Sequence record: DRR723986_10858
Reading direction: 5' to 3' (one strand)
DNA: 35,192 bases
A model generated the notes under the pieces. That model was not told the DNA's origin. It saw nothing but the letters and a program-made list of their open reading frames with translations, and made no database searches. The position numbers and the translations under genes are program-made. Below are positions 1 through 9,938 of the stretch, piece after piece (the stretch's first letter is position 1; each line of letters starts with the position of its first letter).

Positions 1-242
1 CCCCCGCACTTCGTTTGCTGCCTGGCTTATGTTAATCATGTTTGGCACTGAATTTTCAATTATCAGCCTGTGAAGCAAGACATACAACAGTTGAGCCTTG
101 AGGAGCGGAATTAGAATTAGAGATTAGAGCAGTTCATTTGTGATTCGAGCCTGACCAGTTCCGGACAGTCTCGGAGACTGTTAACTTTTGACCCGGTGCA
201 AAACAAGAAGCTCATAAAGCCAGCTGCAAGGCAGCGCTGCAA
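1..242 (+). repeat. Copy A of ~305-bp dispersed non-coding element (left end cut by the window edge)
   Basis: Colinear with ~30140-30377: shared CGTTT..TGGC..ATGTTTGGCA.TG, AGCAAGACATA, CATTTGTG, TTTT.ACCCGG and terminal AAAC..TCA.AAAGC.AGCTGC...GCAGCGCTGCAA. Confidence 0.8.
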
Positions 243-453
243 TGGTTTGTGGCCGCACGGGAAGGAAGATTTAGATCACTAGTAAACTGTTTGCATCTGC
301 TTTATTCTGCGAATACAATGACAGAATGGGATGCTGCCAGGAATGAATAGGCCGGCCATTGAAACCCAGGCGACACACCTTGACTAACACATGTTAACAT
401 CTTGAATCTTCCCTTCTATTGGAATTAAATGGCCCCATGAATATTTTAGTGTT

Positions 454-2193
454 ATGGACATTCAACTGGACAAAAAACCGTCTGAACGCGCCCGGCTGGA
501 AATAGAAGCAACACTCAAAGATTTCCGCAAGTGTACGAATGATGAAGAACGACTGCACTTCCTCAATACGGACGGCAAAACACTGCCAAACCTGAATCCG
601 CATGTTTATATCTCACTGGCTGAAGAGATACTTGCGCGGCATGACGGCCATTCGCATCTGGGCTTGATTGGAAGAGTTACATATCGCAGCGGAATAGCAC
701 AGGGGCAAGTTCTCGACGTTTCATCCGCACTGAAGAACCTCGAATCGGCGCGCAGAATCGCCATTGAACTCAAAGATCAGGTACTGCTCAATGCGGCAAG
801 TGAAGGTTTGGCAGAGACTCAGGTCTACAATGGATTGGCTAAGAAGGGACTGGAAACACTACTATCGGCCCGTCGGTCCTATGGTGAGTTTCCAGATACA
901 AGGCATGAATTCGAACGGCGCATGAGTTCGAGTATGATAGCCGCGACTGCATATATAATGACAGGTCAGCTGGTAGAAGCAATGCAGGAGATGTTCACAT
1001 TTGTCGACATAGCACGCAAGCGCGGCACAGATCGAAAGCCTTACAATATCCAGAGCCACCTGGCAATGATGTATACCTTCCTGGGTGAATTCGACAAAGC
1101 CGAGCGTTTCTTTGAGTTGGAAATAGGCCTGGCACGTGCTTCCAAGTACAGACGATCCATCTCCAACCAATTGAGCCATATGGCATGGATGCGCTGCCAA
1201 AATGGGCAAACTGATTCGCTGACGGAAACTCTCATTCAGGAAGCACTTTCTGTTTCAAGAGAGATGCAGGATCCGCGCATGACGCTCACAGCAGAGGGAA
1301 TTTATGCACAATATCTTTCGCAGGCGGGGCAGTTGGAAGCAGCACATACACTCTCCGTAGCAACCGTGGACAAGTGTAGAAAATACAATATGCCTTTTTC
1401 CCTGAGCAGCGCGCTCGCACGCCTTGCCCGTATCGAATACCTCAAGGGAAAACTTGATGCCGCCAAACAAAGTGCCGAGGACTCTCTGGCTCTGGCGCAA
1501 GAACAGGGTTATCAGTTTTATGAAATAGAAAATATCGAGATTCTTAAGCAGATTGCGGTTGCCAATCAAAATTTCGAACAGGCCCTCGTCCTGAGTGAAA
1601 AACACACTGACTTGCAACGAGCTTTTTTGGCACAGCGTGCCGATGCAAAGTTTCGGGAGCTGGAAACAGCTATCAACTCTGAGCTTGCAGAGCAACAATT
1701 AATGCTCGAATTAAAACGGACCGAATCTCTGCAGGATCAGTCTGCAAAACTTCAAATGGAACGCGACAGCATCCGCCAGCAGCTGATTGCCAAAACAACA
1801 CACAATGCGGCAAAAAATGAACTCCTGCAGGATTCGCGGCGCCTCATAAAAAAAGCTGCCAGATCGGCCGAAGCCGAACTCAAAACATCACTCAGGGACC
1901 TGGCGCGCAAGATTGATTTGCACCTGGATGAGGACAACCTTTGGAAAGAGTTTGACGAGCAGTTTGCTTTAGTGCATCCCGGATTTCAGGAAACGCTGCG
2001 GCGCAAATTCACCGAACTCTCAAACACTGAGCGCAAAGTCTGCGCGTTGCTGCGCCTGGAGATTCCCTCCAAAGATGTATGCCGCATTCTGGGTATCGGT
2101 GTGCGCGGTATTGAATCACACCGCTATAATATCCGCAAGAAAATCGGTGTCAAGGGCAAAGTCCAGCTTAGTGAAGTTTTGGCCAACATTTGA
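454..2193 (+). CDS. TPR-repeat, LuxR-type HTH transcriptional regulator
   Basis: 579-aa ORF with helical TPR-like repeats and a coiled coil. C-terminal LSNTERKVCALLRLEIPSKDVCRILGIGVRGIESHRYNIRKK is a LuxR/GerE-type HTH, preceded by WKEFDEQFALVHPGF typical of FCB regulators. Confidence 0.9.
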   Translation: MDIQLDKKPSERARLEIEATLKDFRKCTNDEERLHFLNTDGKTLPNLNPHVYISLAEEILARHDGHSHLGLIGRVTYRSGIAQGQVLDVSSALKNLESARRIAIELKDQVLLNAASEGLAETQVYNGLAKKGLETLLSARRSYGEFPDTRHEFERRMSSSMIAATAYIMTGQLVEAMQEMFTFVDIARKRGTDRKPYNIQSHLAMMYTFLGEFDKAERFFELEIGLARASKYRRSISNQLSHMAWMRCQNGQTDSLTETLIQEALSVSREMQDPRMTLTAEGIYAQYLSQAGQLEAAHTLSVATVDKCRKYNMPFSLSSALARLARIEYLKGKLDAAKQSAEDSLALAQEQGYQFYEIENIEILKQIAVANQNFEQALVLSEKHTDLQRAFLAQRADAKFRELETAINSELAEQQLMLELKRTESLQDQSAKLQMERDSIRQQLIAKTTHNAAKNELLQDSRRLIKKAARSAEAELKTSLRDLARKIDLHLDEDNLWKEFDEQFALVHPGFQETLRRKFTELSNTERKVCALLRLEIPSKDVCRILGIGVRGIESHRYNIRKKIGVKGKVQLSEVLANI

Positions 2194-2584
2194 TGTAAAA
2201 ATCGGAAAACCGACCATTTTCCGTAGTTTTTCAGTAGTGCATTCAGCAGCACATTTAGCCATATTTGTACTGTCATTAGCTCGGCCCGTAAGCGGCTCTA
2301 CGTCTGGTTTCAGACACTGGTTCGCCGGCCTGTTTCATCGTCCGGAGGGAGAACTCTGCCAGAGATCCACTGCGAATTTTTGCAGATAAAAACAGCGGCA
2401 GAGTTCACACAGAAACCCTTGAATTTTCGGCCTTGAACAACACGTTTGTTAAGTGATGAACAATGTGCTATGCACATTGCAGGAATTCCTTTATCCACTT
2501 AAACATACAATCCACTCAAACCGAAGTGGAGCGGGTGAGCTATGCCAAAACTATTCGATCAACGCATAACTTTCAGAGGACTGT

Positions 2585-5500
2585 ATGCACAAGTCAGGCC
2601 AGGGCAAAAAACTGCCGCCGATTGTTAACCGGGTATCACAAGAAATTCTGAAGGCGCAGCGCCAGTTAATCAGGCTTCTACATCGCCAGGACAGTTCCTT
2701 CGCCGTGCGCCAACGCATCGCACTGCTTAACAAACGCCTTGCGAGTTATGGCATAAACGTTAACGCGCCAAAACTTGCCGGCCTGCGCAAACTCGCAGGG
2801 GCTGCAGCATTCAGTGCAGCCACGTTTCTGCCAAATGTGCAGGCACAGGCCTCAGGCCTGACCTTCACTGCCGATCCTAAGAGCGATTCAATCGGCGTGG
2901 CGCGCGACGCGAATATCTGCCTGACTTTCAGCGAAAAGATGAGTACCAACTCATTTACGACTGTGCCGACGCCCAGCGGAGCAAATTTAACAGTCTGGGG
3001 ATCACAGACTGGGATTATCTCAACAGCTGCGACAGTGACGCTTGAAGACTCGGCTAAAAAGCTGAGAATTGACCCGCTTGATGACTTCTTTCCGGGAGAG
3101 CTGATTAGCCTGACGGTTACCGGAGCAACGACGGCACAGGGGCAAGTCATGCCCTTTCCAATTGGCTATTCATTCAGAGCCGCTGTGGCTCCCAGCCAGG
3201 GCAAATTCGAAGAAAGTGTTAAGCTGACCGATTTTGATGACGGCAACCTGATTGAAATGGGTGATATGGATGGCGATGGTGATCTCGACATTGTGACAAT
3301 ATATGCCTACGATGACCTGGCTGTTCTCAGAAACGATGGGAACAATAATTTCACTGAAAATTACCGAAGTTTTTCCAGGGCCGGTGCGCTTGAACTTGGT
3401 GACTTTGACAATGACGGTGATTTGGATGTGGTCGTTAATGCATTAAATGGTATTCTACGCACCTTTATGAATAATGGTGATGCTACTTTCACTAATTCTT
3501 CAACGTTAATGCCGCATAACAGGTTTCTAGGCATGGCTACAGGCGACCTTGACGCAGACGGTGATCTGGATGTTGTAATTTCGTCCTCAGAACCGGCAAA
3601 ACCGCCGCAAATTCTAGTGAACAACGGCGATGGAACCTTTGCATTCAATTCCCTGCCAGCCATACGCAGCTCTGATTGCGTGATAGGTGATTTCGACGGT
3701 GATTCGGATATGGATATTTTCATGCCAAGCAATGTCAGTTCTCAACAAAGCAAATTCCTGAAGAATGATGGCAAGGGCAACTTTACAATTTCCGATGTAC
3801 CCATTAAAAAATATAACCGTGCGGAAGCGGGTGATATGGACGGCGATGGTGACCTTGACATCGTTCTCAATTCCGGAAATGCTCTATTGGACGGAGCACT
3901 ATTAACAAATGACGGATCGGGCAACTTCTCATTACAATCCATTGGGACTAAGGGCAGGCACAGAGATCTTGATGTCGCGGACTTGAATGGCGATGGTGCC
4001 CTGGACGTCATAATCAGTCTCGCAGAAGTGAGCGTCTTTAACACACCGGGCGGTGTAGAAGTCTTGCTAAATTCGGGCACCGGGACCTTCACATCACACT
4101 TATACGGAAACCCGGATGACTTTACTCAGTCACTTGGTTTCGGCGACCTGGACGGTGACAATGACATAGACCTGGTGGTTGGCAACGAAGACCTGAACCT
4201 GAAAATTCTGGAAAATGTCGTTCCACCTTCCGTCACTTCCATGTATCCAATTTGTTTGGAAACCAGCCTGGATTCTATCCCGCTATGTTTTATTGGTGAT
4301 GGCCTCTCAAGCGTCACGGGTGCAAGCCTGACTCTGCCTGGGAGCAATATTCTCTTTGCCAGCGGCGCATCTGTAAGTCTGAGTGTTAACTCTTTGACTG
4401 CCACAAAATTAAACACACAAATTCCCGCGGGCAACGGTACGCAGTTTGGACGTTACGCTATCACGCTGTACAATTCGGACGGCCAATCCAGCTTTGAATT
4501 TGACATTAACCCCAATGTTGAGTTGACAGGGCCGGAATGTGTTTACCCTGGACAAGTGGCGCGCTATACGCTCCAACCGGAAGGCCTGGAGTTAATGGTC
4601 AATGACTCTCGAACAGGGGCGCGAGCGATTAGCAACGCTGTTTTAGGGCGCAGAGTATCGATTCGCGAACATGAAGTCGAATTCATACCCGACAGTATCG
4701 GAAGCATTCTGTACCGCAAGATTATCTGGCGCAATAAATGTCGAAGTCAGACAGATACCATCTTTGTTCAAACAAACAGCCGCCGCGGTGTTGACGATCA
4801 AAGTCAGGTATCTCCCGGCTCTACTACCATGATTGACGTCCTGGCCAATGATCCGGGAGCTGAGCTACAATTGACTAGAATTGACCAGCCTGAGTCCGGC
4901 AGTGCGTATATCTCCAACAATCAGATTTCGTTTACGGCCGCGGAAGACTCCAGCGCTACCTGTGTCATTTTCTATGAGGCCAAAGACAGTAACGACTGCG
5001 CTATCGCCGCGCAACTGGTTGTGACAATTGGCAATGCCAAACCCGAGACAGAACTTGCATTTATTCAGCGCCGCAAAGACCGCAAACAGGGCGTTCGCGG
5101 CCTCCGCAGAGTTGAAGATGTGGTAGTCAGTCCTAACGGCAAACACGTCTATGCGACCGGACGCAGCGATCACTCTCTGGTATTGTTTAACCGCGATAGC
5201 TCAGATGGAACTATCGACTATGTTAAACGCTGGCGCGAAGGCAAAGGTGGAATACGAGGCTTGCGTTTTGCGTCTAACATTGCGATCAGCCCCACTGGCG
5301 ACCATCTGTATGTCAGCGCATATGGTGGCAAATCTATAACGGTATTTGACCGCAATGAGAACACTGGAGACCTGACACGCCGGCATACTAAGACTTTGGC
5401 AGGAGGAGCTCTCCCACGCGGAGTTGCAGTATCTCCGGATGACAATTTTGTTTATGTAGCCGCCGGCAATACCAGTACGGTAGCGGTATATCAGCGCGGT

Positions 5501-6823
5501 AGCGGCGATAGTCTGGCCTTTGTACAGCAGGTGCGCGATGGGCAGGGTGGCATCAATGGACTGCGTGGAGCCAATGATTTGACCATCAGTCCTGACGGTC
5601 AGCATTTGTACGTTACTGGGCCTGGCGACGATGCAGTCGCGATTTTCAAACGCAATCTGTCTAACGGCTCACTCAGTTTTGTTGGACTGGTGCGAGACAA
5701 CGTCAATGGCGTAGATGGACTCAACGGTGCAAGTGCTGTTAAGGTACGCAAGGATGGCAAATTCATCTACGTAGCCGGCAATCAGGACGACGCGGTTGCC
5801 GTATTTTCCCGAAATGCAGCCACTGGAGCCTTGCGATTTGTTCAGGTAATCAAAAATCGCGGCGCAGGCATCAGCGGACTGGATGGCGTTACTGATGTGG
5901 CGATCAGCCCAGACAGAATGGCTGTCTACGCTGTGTCACAAAGTGAAAATGCTCTTGTAGATTTTCAGGCTGAGGACTCAACGGGTCGCATAATATTTAA
6001 CAGTGTCAAGCGCGATGGACGCGACGGTGTTGACGGTCTGCGCGGTGCCAAGGCAGTCGACGTGAGCTCCGACAGTAAATTTGTCTACGTAGCTGGGTCT
6101 TCAGATAATGCCGTGGCCGTATTCCGTCGCCGCCTGAAACCATTGGCCAAAGATGATCGCTTTGTCTCATTTGTCGGAACTTCCCCATTTGGTGGACTAA
6201 ATGTAGAATTCCTAAGCGTTCTGGAAAATGATTTCGACTTTGAAGGTGAGGGCTTAACAATTGTTGCTGTCACAAGCCCCGCGGTCGGATCGGTTCTAAT
6301 TTCTGCGAATGACAAGAAAGTGAAGTTTACTAAGCCAACATTCAGCGAGGCAGAGCTGGATACGTTAACACCGGGCTGGACAACAAACTTCACGTATACC
6401 GTAGAGAACCAAAGTGGTGCCCGAGCTACCGCCAGTGTTGTAGTACAATTAACACCTGAAGCAGAAGTAAGCGACAGCCTTGATAAACAGCAGTTGAGAC
6501 AACAGTTGCCAGTTGAGGCCATGCCACAATTCACATTGCTTGAGTCTCTGACAGCAGCACCGAACCCCACTGACGGTTTAAGCACAATTGGCTATCAACT
6601 CAATGGTGACGCTGCGGTTGATATCGCCGTTTATGATCTGACTGGTCGTAAAATCACGAGTCTTGTTAACACACATCTTTCGTCCGGTGAATATCGCGTC
6701 AACTGGAATGGAAGTGAACACAATGACCAGGTTCTGCAAAGCGGAAGTTACTACGTCGTCATAAAGGCTGATAATGGTCAGCAATCCGAAACACAGTCAA
6801 TCGCACTTAAACTGGTGCATTGA
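2585..6823 (+). CDS. Secreted multidomain surface protein: Ig-like domain, 7x FG-GAP/VCBS propeller, Ig/cadherin-like domains, 7-blade lactonase-like propeller, T9SS type-A/FlgD-like C-terminal domain
   Basis: Seven GD(M/F/L)DGDGDLD-type repeats (~3255-4180); seven SP(D/N)G.hhYV-type blades (~5050-6130); IDVLAND and LSVLEND Big_9-like motifs; C-terminal APNP...IGYQL...IAVYDLTGRKI...WNG...SGSYY; signal-like segment ending VQA-Q. Confidence 0.9.
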   Translation: MHKSGQGKKLPPIVNRVSQEILKAQRQLIRLLHRQDSSFAVRQRIALLNKRLASYGINVNAPKLAGLRKLAGAAAFSAATFLPNVQAQASGLTFTADPKSDSIGVARDANICLTFSEKMSTNSFTTVPTPSGANLTVWGSQTGIISTAATVTLEDSAKKLRIDPLDDFFPGELISLTVTGATTAQGQVMPFPIGYSFRAAVAPSQGKFEESVKLTDFDDGNLIEMGDMDGDGDLDIVTIYAYDDLAVLRNDGNNNFTENYRSFSRAGALELGDFDNDGDLDVVVNALNGILRTFMNNGDATFTNSSTLMPHNRFLGMATGDLDADGDLDVVISSSEPAKPPQILVNNGDGTFAFNSLPAIRSSDCVIGDFDGDSDMDIFMPSNVSSQQSKFLKNDGKGNFTISDVPIKKYNRAEAGDMDGDGDLDIVLNSGNALLDGALLTNDGSGNFSLQSIGTKGRHRDLDVADLNGDGALDVIISLAEVSVFNTPGGVEVLLNSGTGTFTSHLYGNPDDFTQSLGFGDLDGDNDIDLVVGNEDLNLKILENVVPPSVTSMYPICLETSLDSIPLCFIGDGLSSVTGASLTLPGSNILFASGASVSLSVNSLTATKLNTQIPAGNGTQFGRYAITLYNSDGQSSFEFDINPNVELTGPECVYPGQVARYTLQPEGLELMVNDSRTGARAISNAVLGRRVSIREHEVEFIPDSIGSILYRKIIWRNKCRSQTDTIFVQTNSRRGVDDQSQVSPGSTTMIDVLANDPGAELQLTRIDQPESGSAYISNNQISFTAAEDSSATCVIFYEAKDSNDCAIAAQLVVTIGNAKPETELAFIQRRKDRKQGVRGLRRVEDVVVSPNGKHVYATGRSDHSLVLFNRDSSDGTIDYVKRWREGKGGIRGLRFASNIAISPTGDHLYVSAYGGKSITVFDRNENTGDLTRRHTKTLAGGALPRGVAVSPDDNFVYVAAGNTSTVAVYQRGSGDSLAFVQQVRDGQGGINGLRGANDLTISPDGQHLYVTGPGDDAVAIFKRNLSNGSLSFVGLVRDNVNGVDGLNGASAVKVRKDGKFIYVAGNQDDAVAVFSRNAATGALRFVQVIKNRGAGISGLDGVTDVAISPDRMAVYAVSQSENALVDFQAEDSTGRIIFNSVKRDGRDGVDGLRGAKAVDVSSDSKFVYVAGSSDNAVAVFRRRLKPLAKDDRFVSFVGTSPFGGLNVEFLSVLENDFDFEGEGLTIVAVTSPAVGSVLISANDKKVKFTKPTFSEAELDTLTPGWTTNFTYTVENQSGARATASVVVQLTPEAEVSDSLDKQQLRQQLPVEAMPQFTLLESLTAAPNPTDGLSTIGYQLNGDAAVDIAVYDLTGRKITSLVNTHLSSGEYRVNWNGSEHNDQVLQSGSYYVVIKADNGQQSETQSIALKLVH

Positions 6824-6840
6824 TCGAATCGAACGCAGCT

Positions 6841-6867
6841 ATGGGGTGTGATCTGTGCGCACCCCAT
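6841..6867 (+). other. Stem-loop just after the stop codon
   Basis: ATGGGGTG...CACCCCAT inverted repeat. Confidence 0.5.
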
Positions 6868-6974
6868 GGCATGTGTTCCTCTGTTCTGCGAACCGACTTA
6901 CAGTACAAGAATCCGCATGCAATTTCTGAATCAACTATTTGGGCACATTTGGTGATTCGGAGATTGCGTCTTCG

Positions 6975-7012
6975 GTCCGGAAAGTTAACCATCTTCCGGA
7001 CTTTTTGTTTTT
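6975..7012 (+). terminator. Rho-independent terminator
   Basis: GTCCGGAA...TTCCGGAC stem followed by TTTTTGTTTTT, downstream of the 1412-aa gene. Confidence 0.75.
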
Positions 7013-7452
7013 AACATTTGCGTACTAGTTTATTTTGCAGCAAGACTTTAACTGCCTTGAGGAAGAGCACTTCGCTCCTGCATTCGCCTGACGGCATCAC
7101 TTGTAGCTTGTTTTTTTCTTTTGTTAGTTTGTGTGTTGTCCACTGTTAGGCTGGATTCCGCTGTTGAGTCCCTCACAGAATAGTTTTAATGCACGTTTCG
7201 AAACAACGAGTATCCGCGCTTCGATCACGGTAATCTATGCTGTAACATTCAAGTCAGGCGGGTGGAGCAAACCAGGTCCCGTCACGCATATTCAAGGCTG
7301 GGAACAGTGCTTCAAAGGTCGGCTGGCCCAACAGTTTATGTACGCCAAGTAGGCTTGTAAGGACGACTGCCGTCACCAACAACTGAAGGAGTGATCCTGC
7401 TGTATAGCTGAACTCGCACATCGCAGGTGTTAATGCCAGAACCTTCTAATGA

Positions 7453-7761
7453 AATTTCGGAACCAGCGAATCCAACATCGAAGCATTCTTTAGCCCCGAA
7501 GGTTCATTCAGAGTTGGCGGATCAATCGGAGGGCGCGTCTGGGTGTACAACCAACCCAAGCGCTGGGGTGTTGCTCCTTTTGGTATAGGGTTTACAGTTG
7601 CTAATCACCCAATCCAGAACCTGCCATACTGCAATTCCAATGCCTGGGCAGGTGCCTACAGTACAGAAAACACTCTGTTAATGACCGGTGTGTGTTTATA
7701 TGTTAACACTGAAGGTGTGTTTCTGACAATGATTCTGGGCGCACTCACCTTCAAACAGTAA
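7453..7761 (+). pseudogene. Possible decayed gene remnant (beta-rich, weakly avidin-like C-terminus)
   Basis: Frame open 7453-7761 after tandem TAA TGA; no convincing start or SD; protein-like text FGIGFTVA..NSNAWAGAY..TMILGALTFKQ. Confidence 0.25.
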
Positions 7762-8020
7762 GTGAAAATCTGGCGGCGGAGAAAACGCCGGTTCAGGCTT
7801 TGACACAAGAATTCTGCTAAAATCAGCGCCGCTCAGATCATTGACCTGAGCGAGGTTTGTATTTTTATGCTAATGCCAGTGAGTGGCAATAATCTCGCTA
7901 GTTTCTATCGCACAATCCGGGAACTCTCCAACACTGGAAATGCATCATCTGGCTTTTCGCCCCAAATAGCGTTTCAAATCGTTGACTTGCAAGACTGATG
8001 TTGTTAATAGGCTTTCCGGG

Positions 8021-8156
8021 TTGCAGCGCCACCTCTGCTGATTCGGCGGCTTGCTTCTTGATGTTTGAGCGCTGCAGCCCTCTCACTCAGTTTGTTACTT
8101 CGTTTGGTGCTTGGCGTGTTTTTGTCATGCTAGTTTTTGAGATCAAGCTCCCAAGC
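8021..8156 (+). repeat. Copy B (left part) of the ~305-bp element
   Basis: TTGCAGCGCC..GATTC.G.GGCT.GCTTCTTGATGTTTGAGCGCTGCAGC matches 30073-30129; continuation matches 1-50 and 34684-34773. Confidence 0.85.
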
Positions 8157-8172
8157 TCTGCGTCACTTAACC

Positions 8173-8213
8173 AAAAGAACCGCAGTGGAATCGGACTTCA
8201 GACTCCACTGCGG
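8173..8213 (-). terminator. Rho-independent terminator of the paralogue cluster
   Basis: CCGCAGTGGA...TCCACTGCGG 10-bp stem followed on the minus strand by TTCTTTT, ~20 bp after the stop at 8235. Confidence 0.8.
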
Positions 8214-8234
8214 ACTTCAAGCACAGAGTTTCGC

Positions 8235-8687
8235 CTACTGATAAGCGACTTGTCCGGTGCTGGTGTTAATAACTACGTCGGTAATATCTGCGGCGGGGCT
8301 GCTGAGAGGCTGTAGCCCCGCAATTTTGAGGCTTTTACCGGCCGCCAGACTAATATTGCCTTCCGGGTCGATCAATATTCGCGGTGTGCCATTCACATTC
8401 AGCCGGAAGACTCCGTCCTTCGTGTCAAATTCAAAGATCAATTTTCCACCTGCATATCCGCTCCAGTGTCTCCTGCGTCCGCTACTGTCTTCGGGACGAA
8501 CGCTTGCAATCGCAGCGGATCCCTCCGACTGAACTGTTAACATCGCATCGGTCTGGGTGGCGCCCTTCCCCATTCCAATACTAACATTCTCAACCGCCAA
8601 AGCCAGAGGGCTTGCATTCATATTGTCATCACTGACAATTTGCCAATTTCCGCTCAGATTGTCTTTTACAATCAAATCAAAACTCAT
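8235..8687 (-). CDS. Hypothetical beta-rich protein, tail-fibre-like paralogue 3 (150 aa)
   Basis: Start moved to ATG 8687 (MSFDLIV) by alignment with its paralogues and an upstream AAGGTAG; colinear with the two adjacent genes. Confidence 0.85.
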   Translation of the reverse strand: MSFDLIVKDNLSGNWQIVSDDNMNASPLALAVENVSIGMGKGATQTDAMLTVQSEGSAAIASVRPEDSSGRRRHWSGYAGGKLIFEFDTKDGVFRLNVNGTPRILIDPEGNISLAAGKSLKIAGLQPLSSPAADITDVVINTSTGQVAYQ

Positions 8688-8738
8688 AATACTACCTTGA
8701 GTGTTTAAATTGCACAATATGTTTTTACTGGGGGCATA

Positions 8739-9185
8739 TCATTGATGACCAATCTGCGCCGTCTTCTTGTTGATCACAATATCTCGTACAGAGTCGCCAG
8801 AAAGTTGTTGTAAGCCCGTGATAGTCAAATTCCCTTTCGGATTGAAAGTAATATCACCGTCTGAACTGATACTCAGGCGTACAACATTATTTACAGACAC
8901 AAAGAAGGAATTCCCGCAGGTGGCGAGGCAAAACACCTCCTGACCGTCAACATTACCAGACAAGTGCCGTCGCGTGTTTTGGTCGTCCTGCCTTGACGTT
9001 TGGATAGCAGAAACGCCAGTTTGGGCAGCAACCGACAAGCTCATATCGCTAACAAATGACGCCGGCCCAGTTCCTACGGCAACATTATTTTTCGATAAAA
9101 CTAGTGGACTCTGACTTCCACTTTGGCTCTGAACTAATTGTGGACCTGAATTAAGCTGCTCTTTAACCACTAAATCTACTGACAT
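8739..9185 (-). CDS. Hypothetical beta-rich protein, tail-fibre-like paralogue 2 (148 aa)
   Basis: MSVDLVV...TAQIGHQ; SD GGGAG; colinear with paralogues. Confidence 0.85.
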   Translation of the reverse strand: MSVDLVVKEQLNSGPQLVQSQSGSQSPLVLSKNNVAVGTGPASFVSDMSLSVAAQTGVSAIQTSRQDDQNTRRHLSGNVDGQEVFCLATCGNSFFVSVNNVVRLSISSDGDITFNPKGNLTITGLQQLSGDSVRDIVINKKTAQIGHQ

Positions 9186-9251
9186 TCTAGTTCTCCCAAC
9201 AAAGTGTAATAAAACTCTTTTTATTCATGTTTTTTTGAGCAGAAAACCCGC

Positions 9252-9695
9252 TCATTGATAACCGATCTGACCTGACGATGTATCAACAACCAGGCTGGTA
9301 AGGTCATTGCCACTCGACGCTGAAAGCCCCTTGATAGAAAAAGAGCTTCCGGCATTTAATGTGATGTTGCCCGAACCATCAATCGTAAGGCACGAAGCAG
9401 CGCCAACCATCAGGCTGAATTCATCCTGCCTGCTTTGCACGGAAAATACTTGATTGCTCCCAGCATACCCGGTCCAATGATTTCCTCCATCTGCAGTAGC
9501 ACATATAGTCGCTATGGCACCAATATCAACCGGAGACTGAACATTGAGTCGCGCATCTGTCGGAAACGTCGTGTCTCCCGTGGATATACCAACCTGCGCG
9601 TCGCTTAACACCAGTGCACTTGGGTTGCCTGATTGGTCATTAACAGTTTGCGGGTTTGAATCGAGTTCAGCATTTACAATCAAATCGTAACTCAT
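9252..9695 (-). CDS. Hypothetical beta-rich protein, tail-fibre-like paralogue 1 (147 aa)
   Basis: MSYDLIV...SGQIGYQ; strong SD AAGGAGG; colinear with paralogues. Confidence 0.85.
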   Translation of the reverse strand: MSYDLIVNAELDSNPQTVNDQSGNPSALVLSDAQVGISTGDTTFPTDARLNVQSPVDIGAIATICATADGGNHWTGYAGSNQVFSVQSRQDEFSLMVGAASCLTIDGSGNITLNAGSSFSIKGLSASSGNDLTSLVVDTSSGQIGYQ

Positions 9696-9938
9696 AAATT
9701 CCTCCTTGGAACTTCAACTATCTGTTGGACATACCTCACCCGGCACCCACCGGATAGAGGTGTTCTAGTAACTATTATGATTTATGTTGTTTAGTCAGTC
9801 TGCAGAATTGGATGCTGCCGGCTCTGAATCGGCTCCGTACTGTTAGTTGAGCGATGTTAAGCAACGCAGTTTCACGAGACAACATCAGAGCCGGCCGACA
9901 GCGGCCAAGCGGTTCGCACAAAGACGTGCAGAATTGGA

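Noticed and set aside
7100-7126. Possible inverted degenerate right arm of the 305-bp element
   Set aside because: Match is mostly low-complexity A/T tract and lacks the GCAGCGCTGCAA terminus
7771-7788. TGGCGGCGGAGAAA shared with 31735-31748, resembling a reverse-complement tRNA 3' end or att site
   Set aside because: Only 14 bp, no T-arm or tRNA body, and no integrase nearby; may be chance
8688-8717. TTG start for the 160-aa ORF
   Set aside because: Paralogue alignment and SD support ATG 8687
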